NCBI RefSeq assembly: GCF_023055435.1
Contig: NW_025964361.1
Location: 40,486,001-40,550,000, forward strand
Direction of reading: 5' to 3'
DNA: 64,000 bases
From: Haliotis rufescens
Taxonomy: Eukaryota
A program made the position numbers and the translations under genes. Positions 36,201 through 48,200 of this stretch are shown here, one piece after another; within the stretch, counting starts at the first letter, position 1; every line of letters begins with the position of its first letter. The notes under the pieces were generated by a model. It made no database searches and had not been told where the DNA came from. It worked only from the letters and a program-made list of their open reading frames with translations.

Positions 36201-39200
36201 AAGTATTGCCATTGGTTACAGATGTCTCAGTAATGATCTTACTGCACACATTCACTATTGTTCTTCCAGCAGATATTTCAGTTTTGGCCTTATAACAAAA
36301 GTGTCTCAATATTTGCACAATGTCTTAACATTGATCTTATCACAGTATTGACCTTGCAGCATGTTTCAGTACTGACCTTGCTGCACAAGTGTTTCAGTAC
36401 TGACCTTGCTGCACAAGTGTTTTAGTATTGACCTTGCTGCACAAGTGTTTCAGTATTGACCTTGCTGCACAAGTGTTTCAGTACTGACCAAGCTGCACAA
36501 GTGTTTCAGTACTGACCTTGCTGCACACATGTTTCAGTACTGACCTTGCTGCACAAGTGTTTCAGTATTGACCTTGCTGCACACGTGTTTTAGTACTGAC
36601 CTTGCTGCATACATGTTTCAGTACTGACCAAGCTGCACAAGAATTTCAGTACTGACATTGATGTTCCAGTATTGACCTTGCTGGATAAGTGTTTCAGAAC
36701 TGATATTGATACACAAGTGTTTCAGTACTGACCTTGCTGCACACGTGTTTCAGTACTGACCTTGCTGCATTCATGTTTCAGTATTGACCAAGCTGCTCAA
36801 GTGCTTCAGAACTGACCTTGCTAGACAAGTGTTTCAGTATTGACCTAGCTGCTCAACTGTTTCAGTTCTGACCTTGCAGCACAAGTGTTTTAATATTGGC
36901 CTTGCTGGACAAATGTTTCAGTATTGACCTAGCTGCTCAACTGTTTCAGTTCTGACCTTGCTACACAAGTGCTTCAGCATTTTCCTTGCTGTGCAAATGT
37001 TTCAGTATTGACCTTGCTGCACAAGTGTTTTGGTATTGACCTTGCTGGACAATTGTTTCATTATTGACCTTGCAGCACACGTTTCAGAACTGACCTTGTG
37101 GCACAAGTGTTTCGGTACTGACCTTGCTGCACAGGTGTTTAGTTACTGACATTGCTGCACATATGACAGTGCCTCTGCTCCATACTGACAGGCTTCTTGG
37201 GCTGCAGTGACTCTGCTTCATACTGACAGGCTTCTTGGGCTGCAGTGACTCTGCTTCATACTGACAGGCTTCTTGGGCTGCAGTGACTCTGCTTCATACT
37301 GACAGGCTTCTTGGGCTGCAGTGACTCTGCTTCATACTGACAGGCTTCTTGGGCTGCTGTGACTCTGCTCCATACTGACAGGCTTCTTGGGCTGCAGTGA
37401 CTCTACTTCATACTGACAGGCTTCTTGGGCTGCAGTGACTGCTTCATACTGACAGGCTTCTTGGGCTGCAGTGACTCTGCTTCATACTGACAGGCTTCTT
37501 GGGCTGCAGTGACTCTGTTCCATACTGACAGGTGTCTTGGGCTGCAGTGACTGTTCCATACTGGCAGGTGTCTTGGGCTGCAGTGCCTCAGCTCTATACT
37601 GGCAGGTGTCTTGGACTGCAGTGACTGTTCCATACTGGCAGGTGTCTTAGGCTGCAGTGCCTCTGTTCCATACTGACAGGCTTCTTGAACTGCAGTGACT
37701 ACTCCATTCTATCAGGTTTCTTGAGCTGCAGTGCCTCTGTTCCATACTGACAGGCTTCTTGAACTGCAGTGACTACTCCATTCTATCAGGTTTCTTGGGC
37801 TGCAGTGACTCTGTTCCATACTGACAGGTGTCTTGGGCTGCAGTGACTGCTCCATACTGGCAGGTGTCTTGGGCTGCAGTGCCTCTGTTCCATACTGACA
37901 GGTGTCTTAGGCTGCAGTGTCTCTGCTCCATGCTGATAGGCTTCTCGGGCTGCAGTGCTTCTGCTCCATGCTGATAGGCCTTTTGGGCTGCAGTGTCTCT
38001 GCCCCATGCTGATAGGCCTTTTGGGCTACACTGCCTCTTCTCCATGCTGATAGGCTTTCGGGCTGCAGTGCTTCTGCTCCATGCTGATAGGCCTTTCGGG
38101 CTGCAGTGTCTCTGCTCCATGCTGATAGGCCTTTTGGGCTACACTGCCTCTTCTCCATGCTGATAGGCTTCTCGGGCTGCAGTGCTTCTGCTTCATGCTG
38201 ATAGGCCTTTCGGGCTGCAGTGCCTCTTCTCCATGCTGATAGGCCTTTCGGGCTGCAGTGCTTCTGCTCCATGCTGATAGGCCTTTCGGGCTGCAGTGTC
38301 TCTGCTCCATGCTGATAGGCCTTTCGGGCTGCAGTGCCTCTTCTCCATGCTTATAGGCTTCTCGGGCTGCAATGCTTCTGCTCCACGCTGATAGGCCTTT
38401 CGGGCTGCAGTACCTCTTCTCCATGCTGATAGGCTTCTTGGGCTGCAGAGCCTCTGCTCCATGCTGATAGGCTTCTCGGGCTGCAGTGCTTCTGCTCCAT
38501 GCTAATAGGCTTCTTGGGCTGCAGTGCCTCTTCTCCATGCTGATAGGCCTTTCGGGCTGCAGTGCCTCTTCTCCATGCTGATAGGCTTCTTGGGCTGCAG
38601 TGCCTCTGCTCCATGCTGATAGGCCTTTGGGGCTGCAGTGCCTCTTCTCCATGCTGATAGGCCTTTTGGGCTGCAGTGCTTCTGCTCCATGCTAATAGGC
38701 TTCTTGGGCTGCAGTGCCTCTTCTCCATGCTGATAGGCCTTTCGGGCTGCAGTGCCTCTGCTCCAAGCTGATAGGCCTTTCGGGCTGCAGTGCCCTCTGC
38801 GCCATGCTGATAGGCCTTTCGGGCTGCAGTGCTGACAGCCTTCTCATGGTGTCTCAGGCTGCAATGTCAGACAAGACCAGACTAGACTTGAAATATAATT
38901 AATTACACAAAAACACATGTACATTACAGATGCAAAAGAAATTAAGGTTGTATTTTCAAAATAGAAATAAACCTCAGTAGCCACAGTAAAATCAGTACAA
39001 TCTTCTGGTGGAGGAGATCACTACTCTGTATCACAGATCAGATGTGTGCAGCTCACAATGTGAAAACCTACATGAAATGCATATCATATTCCTAGATTGG
39101 ATTTGTATTGCGGACACCAAGAATTCAATGTTGGAACATAGGGAAGATAGATTCTGCATGTCTGTACTGATTGCATTTATGTCACTGAAGTCCATGGAGA

Positions 39201-42200
39201 AGGTACAGAACGAAATGTGTCCCCCAAATCTGAAATGAAATGGGATCTGATTATGAATGTTGGTCCTTGACCAAGGAAGACCAACTCTTGACTGTGATTT
39301 GGCTGGTAAAGTGTGTCATTGTACCCTAGTGACATGGATCAATGCTCACCTGATGTGACTGCTCCGAGCCTGATGACACTAGGGGCAGTCGGGTAGCCTA
39401 GTGGTTAAAGCGTTCGCTGGTCACGCCGAAGACCCGGGTTCGATTCCCGACATGTGTGAAGCCCGTTTCTGGTGTCCCCCGCCGTGATATTGCTGGAATA
39501 TTGCTAAAAGCGGCGTAAAACCAAACTCACTCACTCACTCACCTGATGACACTGGGCAGGTCAACGTTAAATAGCTGTGTATATGGTATAGTGTAAGAGC
39601 AACGATGAAATGTGTTGCAGTTATATAACAAGGCCAAACTCTACTTTGTATTTGAAGAACACTGATTTACCTGTCATGGATTATCACCTTACGGCCATGC
39701 TGATTTGAGACTGGAATGCTTGTACACAGATCTTTTTAGGTCTTTTTTATTGGGAACTTGTCTTGACAGATATATCTCAATGGCAACACTGTACAGATGA
39801 TGCATTCATAAAGATGACTGAAAGCATGTCATACAGAAAAATACTTCAATATTAACATCTTTTGTGGGCGATTAGGCCACCAAAGCTGTTCTTTATATGT
39901 AAGGACTGATGACCAAACTGGAAGTGGAGCACTGGATGTATTGTTCTTGGAGGGAAGTTTATGCCCTCTACTGCATAGAGAAACCTTTTGTTGCTGCCCG
40001 TCCATTGTACTGTGAATCGGGAGCTGTCTTCAAGGCTTGATTTTAGATCAGTCTCAGCACCATGGGAGTCAGCCCACAATGTCCAAGCTGAATCACAGAG
40101 GCAGGTCAATAATCAAGTCTGGACCCGGCAAAGCACTGACCGAAAGCTTGAGCATACCAACAGGGCATGATGACACACAATCAGCCTTGTCTCAAGTGCT
40201 GTAACACCTGATAAATTTCACCTGTTAATACAAGCATTAATTACTGGGGAACAATTCTAACCCGGAATCCCCACGGGAAGTCAACACGAAGAGGCAGACA
40301 CAAGTAACGTAGCCCGGCAGTAGTGTCCCTTGCACATAACGCTGTTCATCTTTTTTAGAGCCCTTCTTACGAAAGAGAAAAGGAGATATACAGGGAGAAG
40401 GAGAAGAAGGAGAGAAAAAGGGTAAGCATGTCGCCTGGCTCAGGAAATCTTCAGTGAGTCAACATGGATCAATCCTAGTTATCAGGGTTAGAACCTAGTG
40501 AAAATCTGGAAGGACAGAGTGTTTTCCACAAGAAGCATTTATATAAGATACGTCACTAATCCAAAAATATTTAATGGACAAGTTTGATATTTAAGTTGTG
40601 TTACATAGCCCTGTCCAAAATCTTCAAGCTAAAAATATTATTGCCCAAAAGGCTAATAGTCCAATATGTAATATTAATGATGATAATGAGATTCAGATAC
40701 GGAGATGTCAACACCAAATTGGCCAATACTTGTAGCAAGAAAGATCAACATCAGAATCAAATTACTCCTTGGATACTGAACTATACATCCTTGTAGAGAC
40801 ATATACCACTCAAAAGAAGTTAATGATACCCGATTCTTTCACATTACTATGTGTCAACAAACAATAGGTTCATGTCCCTTTCAAGGTCATCCCTTTCTGA
40901 GCATTTATTAACATTACAACTATTTACTGATGATTGAAAACTGGTAGGTATCATCTTTAGCAATTGGTCCCATACTGATAGATTTTTTATCTTCCCTTAC
41001 ACATGAATATCAGGTTCTGATTGGCTTAGACCCGTTTAAGATATGGCTTAGACTCGTTTAAGATAAATTCGTTGTCCACCGGTCTCTTTGGTGACATGGG
41101 TTGATGTACCTCGGTTTAAATTAACAGAGGGTACATCATCCTATTTCCTCTCGAAACCAATGGAGACCGCCTCCGTGGTCTTGCGGTAGAGCCTCCAACC
41201 AGAACCAAAAAACGTTAAAAGATGGTACTTGTTGTTACCCTGTCTGGGGCTCGGCATTAAGGGGCTAAAACAAGGACTGGTCAGCTGGGAGTCAGTATAC
41301 TGTGTCTGAGTGGGGTATTCATGTTAAACTGCGGCATGGTATCTCAGTGAGCTAGCACTATAAATCGCCATCAGTCTGGACGAGTACAAGCAGATACACA
41401 CACACACATACACACACACACATACACGTGCATGCATGTCGCTATATAAGTGCAATAATCTTGGACGCGATGTTAAACCCAATTTCACCTCACCTCACCT
41501 CACCTCACCTCACCTCACCTCACCTCACCTCACCTCGAAACCAATGGACAACTTGAACGTTATATCATAAGGTCCACGTCACTGAAGGTCATTCACATAG
41601 GAGGTGTGGAAGTTTATGTAGAATGCCATTTTCTGCAGATATTGTGAACTCCAGTGCACAGTAAATTGGAATTTAGTATTTAAAAAGACTGATAGCATGG
41701 TATGTTAAAAGCAAAACTCTTGGAAAACTTGTGATTCAAATATGACATTGAGATTTCAATTTTACTGGACCAATATGCAAATTTTAATGCAGATAAGGTT
41801 TTGATATTAAGAGTCTGTTCTGATTTCCAAGAACTTTTCTTTTCAAATGGGTCACAAATTCTAAAATATGGCAATTTTCACCTTTTTTAGTACAAAGCAA
41901 TGGAGAAAGATTATTCGTTCTCTAACCCAACATGACTGTCAGCTAAAAGTAATGTTTCAGCACTTATTTCTCCACACACACATACTGGCAACACAAGGCC
42001 TGTGTAACAAAAGCATTTCACTCTTAGCAGAGGGGGGGAATATACCTGTACCCAGTTGTGCGAAAACCTTGGTCATAGATTTAAGAAGTATATTTTAGAA
42101 TGTCCTGAGAAAATTGTTTTAACAAATATTCAGCTCCACCCTTTCAGAGAAAATAGCAATTACCGAAGAGATTGTATGTCTCTTACAAAAATCTTGTTAT

Positions 42201-45200
42201 TGTAGGAAAACTGTTGTAAACCTTATACTTCTCTACATCTGGCCTTTGTTCATCCACAAGCGGGGTAGTCAGGTAGCCCAGTGGTCAAAGCGTTTGCTAG
42301 TCACGCTGAAGACCGGGGTTCGATTCCCAATGTGGGTACCATGTGTGAAGCCCATTTCTGGTGTCCCACGCCCTGATATTGCTGGATTATTGCTGAAAGC
42401 AGCGTAAGACAATACTCACTCACTCACTCATCCACAAGCACAGATCGATATACTGTAATACATCTCTTGGGAGACTGACATAGACATCTCTGATCACTAA
42501 TTATAGAAAATCCGACTATGACCATTGATTTGGCCATCTACATGTACAATGTATACATGTACAACAGTAGCTGGGGGCCTGGGAGGCACCTTAGGCATGC
42601 CATGATTTGCTGGAATATTATCATTGGTTTGTCTCCAATCATGTGATTGTGTTCAAGTGGCAACAGTCTAATGTCTGCATAATTTGGTTCTTTCCTCCTA
42701 CATTATGTTGACACACCGTGATGTAACTGAAATACTGTTCATAGCGGAATAAAACAATTCACTCACTCCCAAGAGCGGTAGCTAATGCATTTCAATTTCA
42801 TTAAAGAAAGGGTGTACGGTAGCCTTGTGGTTAAAGTGTTCGTTCATCAGTCCGAAGACTCGGGTTCAATGCCCCACATGGGTGCAATGTGTGAAGCTCA
42901 TTTCTGGTGTCTGTGATGTTGCTAGAATTTTGCTAAAAGCGGCCAAAAAAACCATACACACTCAATCAATAACCAAACGTTTAGTCAATAAATTATTGGT
43001 GCATCTGCATGAGGCAATGTCTTTTAAGTAACTTAACAGAAGTTTAGGGGGAAGGGTTGGTTCAACTTGCCCAAATCGCTCAGCAGAGTTGCATCCCTTA
43101 CCTGCAGTGTCAGCAGATCTTGAACAACCAATTCTTCTTGATAGGGTCATGAGCATCCTACCCAGGCCTACTAAAGAGAGAGCTACGAAACTGTGGAATA
43201 TGTTAACACTTTAAATAGAAATAGACACGCAAATTACAAACAAAACACAATCCCCATAAAGTTTGCCTCATAATAGAAGACCCGGGCACATTTTCAATGC
43301 AACCAGATGCCGTAAATCAAGCAGCGTGTAACCAAGGTGCGGTCTGCATGATTTGCTGTGTTTGGTTCCATTGTACAATAAAGTGTCTTTTCCTGACTGA
43401 GTAGTACTTTCATAATCTAAATTTTCTCAGCAAATCTTCATATTCACACAGTCATGGTTTTGATAGTACATCGGATGATGGATATCTTAGCAGTAACAGC
43501 ACTCTTATTACATACAGTATATGTTGGATAGTTTTACTGTCAAAAACCAGAGATGAAATATAGTCAATCCCGAAAGGCTGGCTGATCCAGGAATGTACAA
43601 ATATGATCTCACTGTCCCTACAATCACTATGGGTACTTTGCTGTATCTGAATCTGTGACCGCAGCAGCATTGACCCTCCATCTCCCTCTACCTGCACTAA
43701 TCCACCAGTCTCACTATTCAGGACCATTCGCTGGAGATGGACAACGAGACCAAGAGGAGGCGCAGCGAAGATTATACAAGTAAGACTAAAACAATGAGTT
43801 CACATATAATTTCACACCACAGTCCGCAATATTCCAGTTATATCACAGTGGTCAGTAATTTATCAAATCTGGTTCAGGTGAACCAGTGGTTGAAAATATT
43901 ACGATCCATGCCATTGGGATGCGATGACTCGCAATCAACCCAGTCCCGGTCTGATCCCCATTTTAGTTGGCTTTTACGACAATAATGAGGTACTGGCGAC
44001 CTATTGACAAGCAACCATGCATATCGGGGCACGAGGACAAGCAATCAGCCAGGTCACTCATACATTATCAGTTGGCTCTCATGAAAAGCATGGATACTGG
44101 GGACCTATTGTAGCCTTAAATCCCTGTGTGTAGATATATAATACTACATGTTATAAAACACATGGAAAGATCTGGAGTAGAATAGGTCTTCAGCAACCCA
44201 TTCTTGCTGTAAAAGGCGACTATGCCTATCGTAAGAGGTGATTAATGGAATCGGGTGGTCAGACTCGCTGACTTGGTTGATGCATGTCATCATATCCCAA
44301 TAGTGTGCAACGATGCTCATGATGTCAATCACTGGACTGTCCGGTTGATTCTTTACAGACCGCTGTCATACAGGTGGAATATTGCTGAGTTTGGCATTAA
44401 ACAAAAAGCAAACATGTTATAACCAGCATGGTGGGGTAGCCTGTTGGTTATAGTGTTTGCTTGTCATGCCAAAGGCCTAGGTTCAATTCCCCACGTTGGT
44501 ACAATTGTATAAAGCCTTTTTCATGTGACCACAGCTGTGATATTGCAGAAATATTGCTGCCCTGTTTTGTTAATATGTTAATTTATTGAGTTCTTATGTG
44601 CAAGAAATACCACGCTTCCCTGTGCTTGTTATTTGAAAAATAAACGATGAGGGGGAGTTGTTTATCGCACTATAAAACATGCAGGGAGAATACACATAGA
44701 GGGGTGTAGCGAGTTGTTTATTTCTTAGATGAGATATCTACATTATTTACAACCTCTTTAAGGATATTTACCCGTATATAAATAATGACTTCCTACATAC
44801 AATCCAAAGTTGGACAAGTCCATTTTATGATCAAGTGGGTACTTTGGTGTTTCCTGAATATTCTAACAAACGTCGAAACAGTTTACAGCCGTAATCTGAT
44901 CCTTTTTTCCATTGTAAGTTGTCGTATCTCGCCCACTTTTGGATGGGATCATTCAGCCATTGCGATTTTCAGCTGCATCCCTACCCTCTCGAAAATAGTG
45001 TTGTCCAATTAACACTGTCATCAAGTTTCAAGTAACCTCCCTCCAGAAATTACGTCAGGAATGAATAATGTATTATCATAAGACCACACTCTATGCTTTC
45101 TTTTTTTGGGTGATTTATGATGTAGATGTCTTATATTTGACTATAATGAGGATGTTGTCGAGTTAGTTATGCACGTGTGCTCTTGCTGATTTGTATGTCC

Positions 45201-48200
45201 TGTTCTACGATAGTTTCTCTGTCTCATCCCCAGACTCCTTTGATTACAAGCAACAGTGATAAAGCTGATTTGGGCGTTAACCAGCATTCACTAAAATGCT
45301 AAGATACTTCACCCATCAGTTGATAATGGTTGTTATTTCCTATTAAGGCGTGGAATGATAATAACTGGAATACTGTTCAAAGCAGTGTTGGACCCAATTG
45401 CTCACTCACTTCTTTTAAGGGGCGGTCGGGTTGCCTAGTGGTTAAAGCGTTTGCTCATCACGCCAAAGACCCGGGTTCGATTCCCGACATGGGTACAATG
45501 TGTGAAGCCCATTTCTGGTGTCCCCCGCCGTGATATTGCTGGAATATTGCGAAAAGCGGCGTTAAACCATACTCACTCACTCGCTCAGTTCATTTAAGGT
45601 AAATGCCCACTTCACAAGCCTTTACTTGACATGCACGTCATGTTGTCATGACAAGAAGTAAAGTAACACCAAGTTTGATCTTTGTCTTTTTTCTCTCTTT
45701 GGAATCATAATACGCTGATTTATTTAGTATTCCAAATTTAGTGCCCTTAGCAATGAAATTGGGACAAAATTGTTTTATTGTTCAAAATATGATTGTTTTA
45801 ATGTTCATGTTTTGAATTGGGAAATTTTCAATTCAAATTGGGGATTTTAACTATCATTTGCTACAGACGTAGGGCTGAATATCGGCCACAGAGCAGGTCA
45901 AGATAAATCCCTGTAATATGCCAGAATGACCTACTGAGCACCCTTTCCACAATGTACACTGAACTTGTGTTTGCAATACAATTCCTCCTGTAATATTTTT
46001 ATGCTCAGTGCATCACTTAAGTGAAGTGATTGACAATATGATCAGTATTTTGTTGATGGATACAATGTGAGCTATCATAACTGTAGTTTGGAAATAACGA
46101 TTGGTACGCCCCAGTCTAAATCATCATTCAATTCACTCCCTTGTTATTTTGCTGCTTTACATCCACAAGGAGCTAGTTTTAATTTCTTTGATTCTTATAA
46201 ACTACATTTAGTCTGTGCCTTGTGGGAAAGCCAACTTGTGGCTGTTTCATCAGGTGGGTAGGCTCGCTGGCTTGGTTAATGCATGTCATAGCATCCTAAA
46301 TGCATTGATCGATGCTCATAATGTCAGGACCAGACGTCATGTGGCTGGAATATTGTTGTGTGTGGCTGTAAACAACAAACACTCACTAGGGTAGCTTAGA
46401 CATTTAAAATTTGCTTATCATGCCAAACAGCTACGTCTGATTTCCCAATGGGTTTCAATGTGTGAATCCCATGATCTGCATCCCCTATTGTCCTGTGGCT
46501 GGATATTCCTAAACATGGCACAAAACCTTACTGATTCTAATGCTCCTATCCACAGAGACTTCCAAGCTGAATGGTGAACCTGACCGGAGACGCAGCAAGA
46601 GCCGGGAACACAGCTGGGAGAGATCCAGTCCATCCATGCCAAGACGTGGCAATAGGGTGGGTAGTAGATTCTATTCTCCGCCTCTTTAGTTTGTAGCAGG
46701 AGACACACTTGCATCACCGTATTGAGGAAATGTTATTCAAGTGTGACCAGGCATCGGTGTTTAAAGCCCAGTTCCAGTCCAGGTTTGGAAAATGTAAGTG
46801 AGCCATGTGGTTGCAGTGGGAAACACCTTAGTTGTTTCAGCAACCCATGATGTCCGGGTTAGAATTGGTATTTGGCAAATCATGCTTGTTAGAGCAGTCA
46901 AACGGGATTGGGCGGTCAGACTCGCCGACTTGGTTGATGCATCGGTGCTCATGATGTTAATCATTGGATTGTCTGGTCCAGACTCCCATCAGTTACAGAC
47001 TGCTGCCACATCGCTGGCATGTTGCTGAGTGTGGCGTTAACAAAAAGGAAAGTTGTTGCAGGACTGGCCTGTCATGCTGAAGTCCTGGGTTCAATGCCCC
47101 ACATAGGTACAATGTGTGTGTAGCGCCTTCCGGGAGTCCATGCATAATATGGCTGGAACTCGTACTGCTGAAAGCATCCTTAAACCTAACTCTGTCTCTG
47201 GATGTGCCATGTGTGAATTTGAAACATAATCTCCGTGGTAATTAGGGTGTTCAATTTATTTATTAAAATTTGAATATTAAGAAAAGAGAAGTGGTGGATT
47301 GACTTCAGTGAAACTTGCAAGGAATTAAATTAACTCTCATCCACTCTCTTGAAGAGCATTAAAATGAGTTAATGTACTGTATTGATATTTGTTGAAATGA
47401 ATTTTAAATATGAAATATTAAATGTGTTTTTTTCACGATTGGTTGGTTATTCTATGATATTTGTTTACAGGACGTCTTTGATTCTGATGAGTCCCCAGCC
47501 AAGTCTAAAGCCAAAGTGAAAAAAGAAAAAACGTATCCTTAAGCACTAAATGGACATTGTTTTCATCATGTTGATAAAAGCATAAAACGATAAAACTCGT
47601 AAGATATAAGAATAGTTACACATATGCTGGAAGGTAAAACAATGACAACCGTTATCCTGATAATGTGAATTTTTTGTATGTTTCTTTAAATGTATTCGTA
47701 CCGTAGTTGCACCACTTTGTTGTACCAGGATCAGCTGATCAAAGGTTTCAAATCCAAGAGTTGCTGTAACTATGATCCTTGGTATATCAGCCCCATAAGC
47801 ACGCTCTTGGGTTTCACAAAAATAGTCAAAATCACTTCCTACTCTCGCCAACATGAGGTTGGTGCTCTGTGATAGTCAGAGACTATTGAGACAATTCCGG
47901 AACCCAACTCATTCTGGGCAGGGTCATATCCCTGAGGCGTGCGAGAAATGGGTTCAAATCAAAGTTCGCACCATACCCGTGTTCATCAACTTTCACCAAA
48001 ATAGTAAATGTCAAAAACCTGTTACGCTTCAAGCTATTCTTCCATATCTTGCTAATATTATTGAATTATTGTTCAAAGTGGCATTAAACTGTACTCACAA
48101 TTTCATTCTCCATGTGAAGATCTTCAGCAACCCATACTTGCCGTAAGAGGCGACTTTGCTTGTTGTAACAGGTGACTAACGGGATCGGGTGGTCAGGTTT

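Noticed and set aside
37403-38902. Many long overlapping ORFs (up to 208 aa)
   Set aside because: They are translations of a 38-bp minisatellite whose unit is not a multiple of three, so the same peptides appear in all frames
39382-39455. tRNA-Asp-like sequence (also in other family A copies)
   Set aside because: SINE head: continues into a shared body and tail and is flanked by TSDs
40165-40212. Box C (ATGATGA) and box D (CTGA) pair
   Set aside because: Only about 45 nt apart with no terminal stem; too short for a C/D snoRNA
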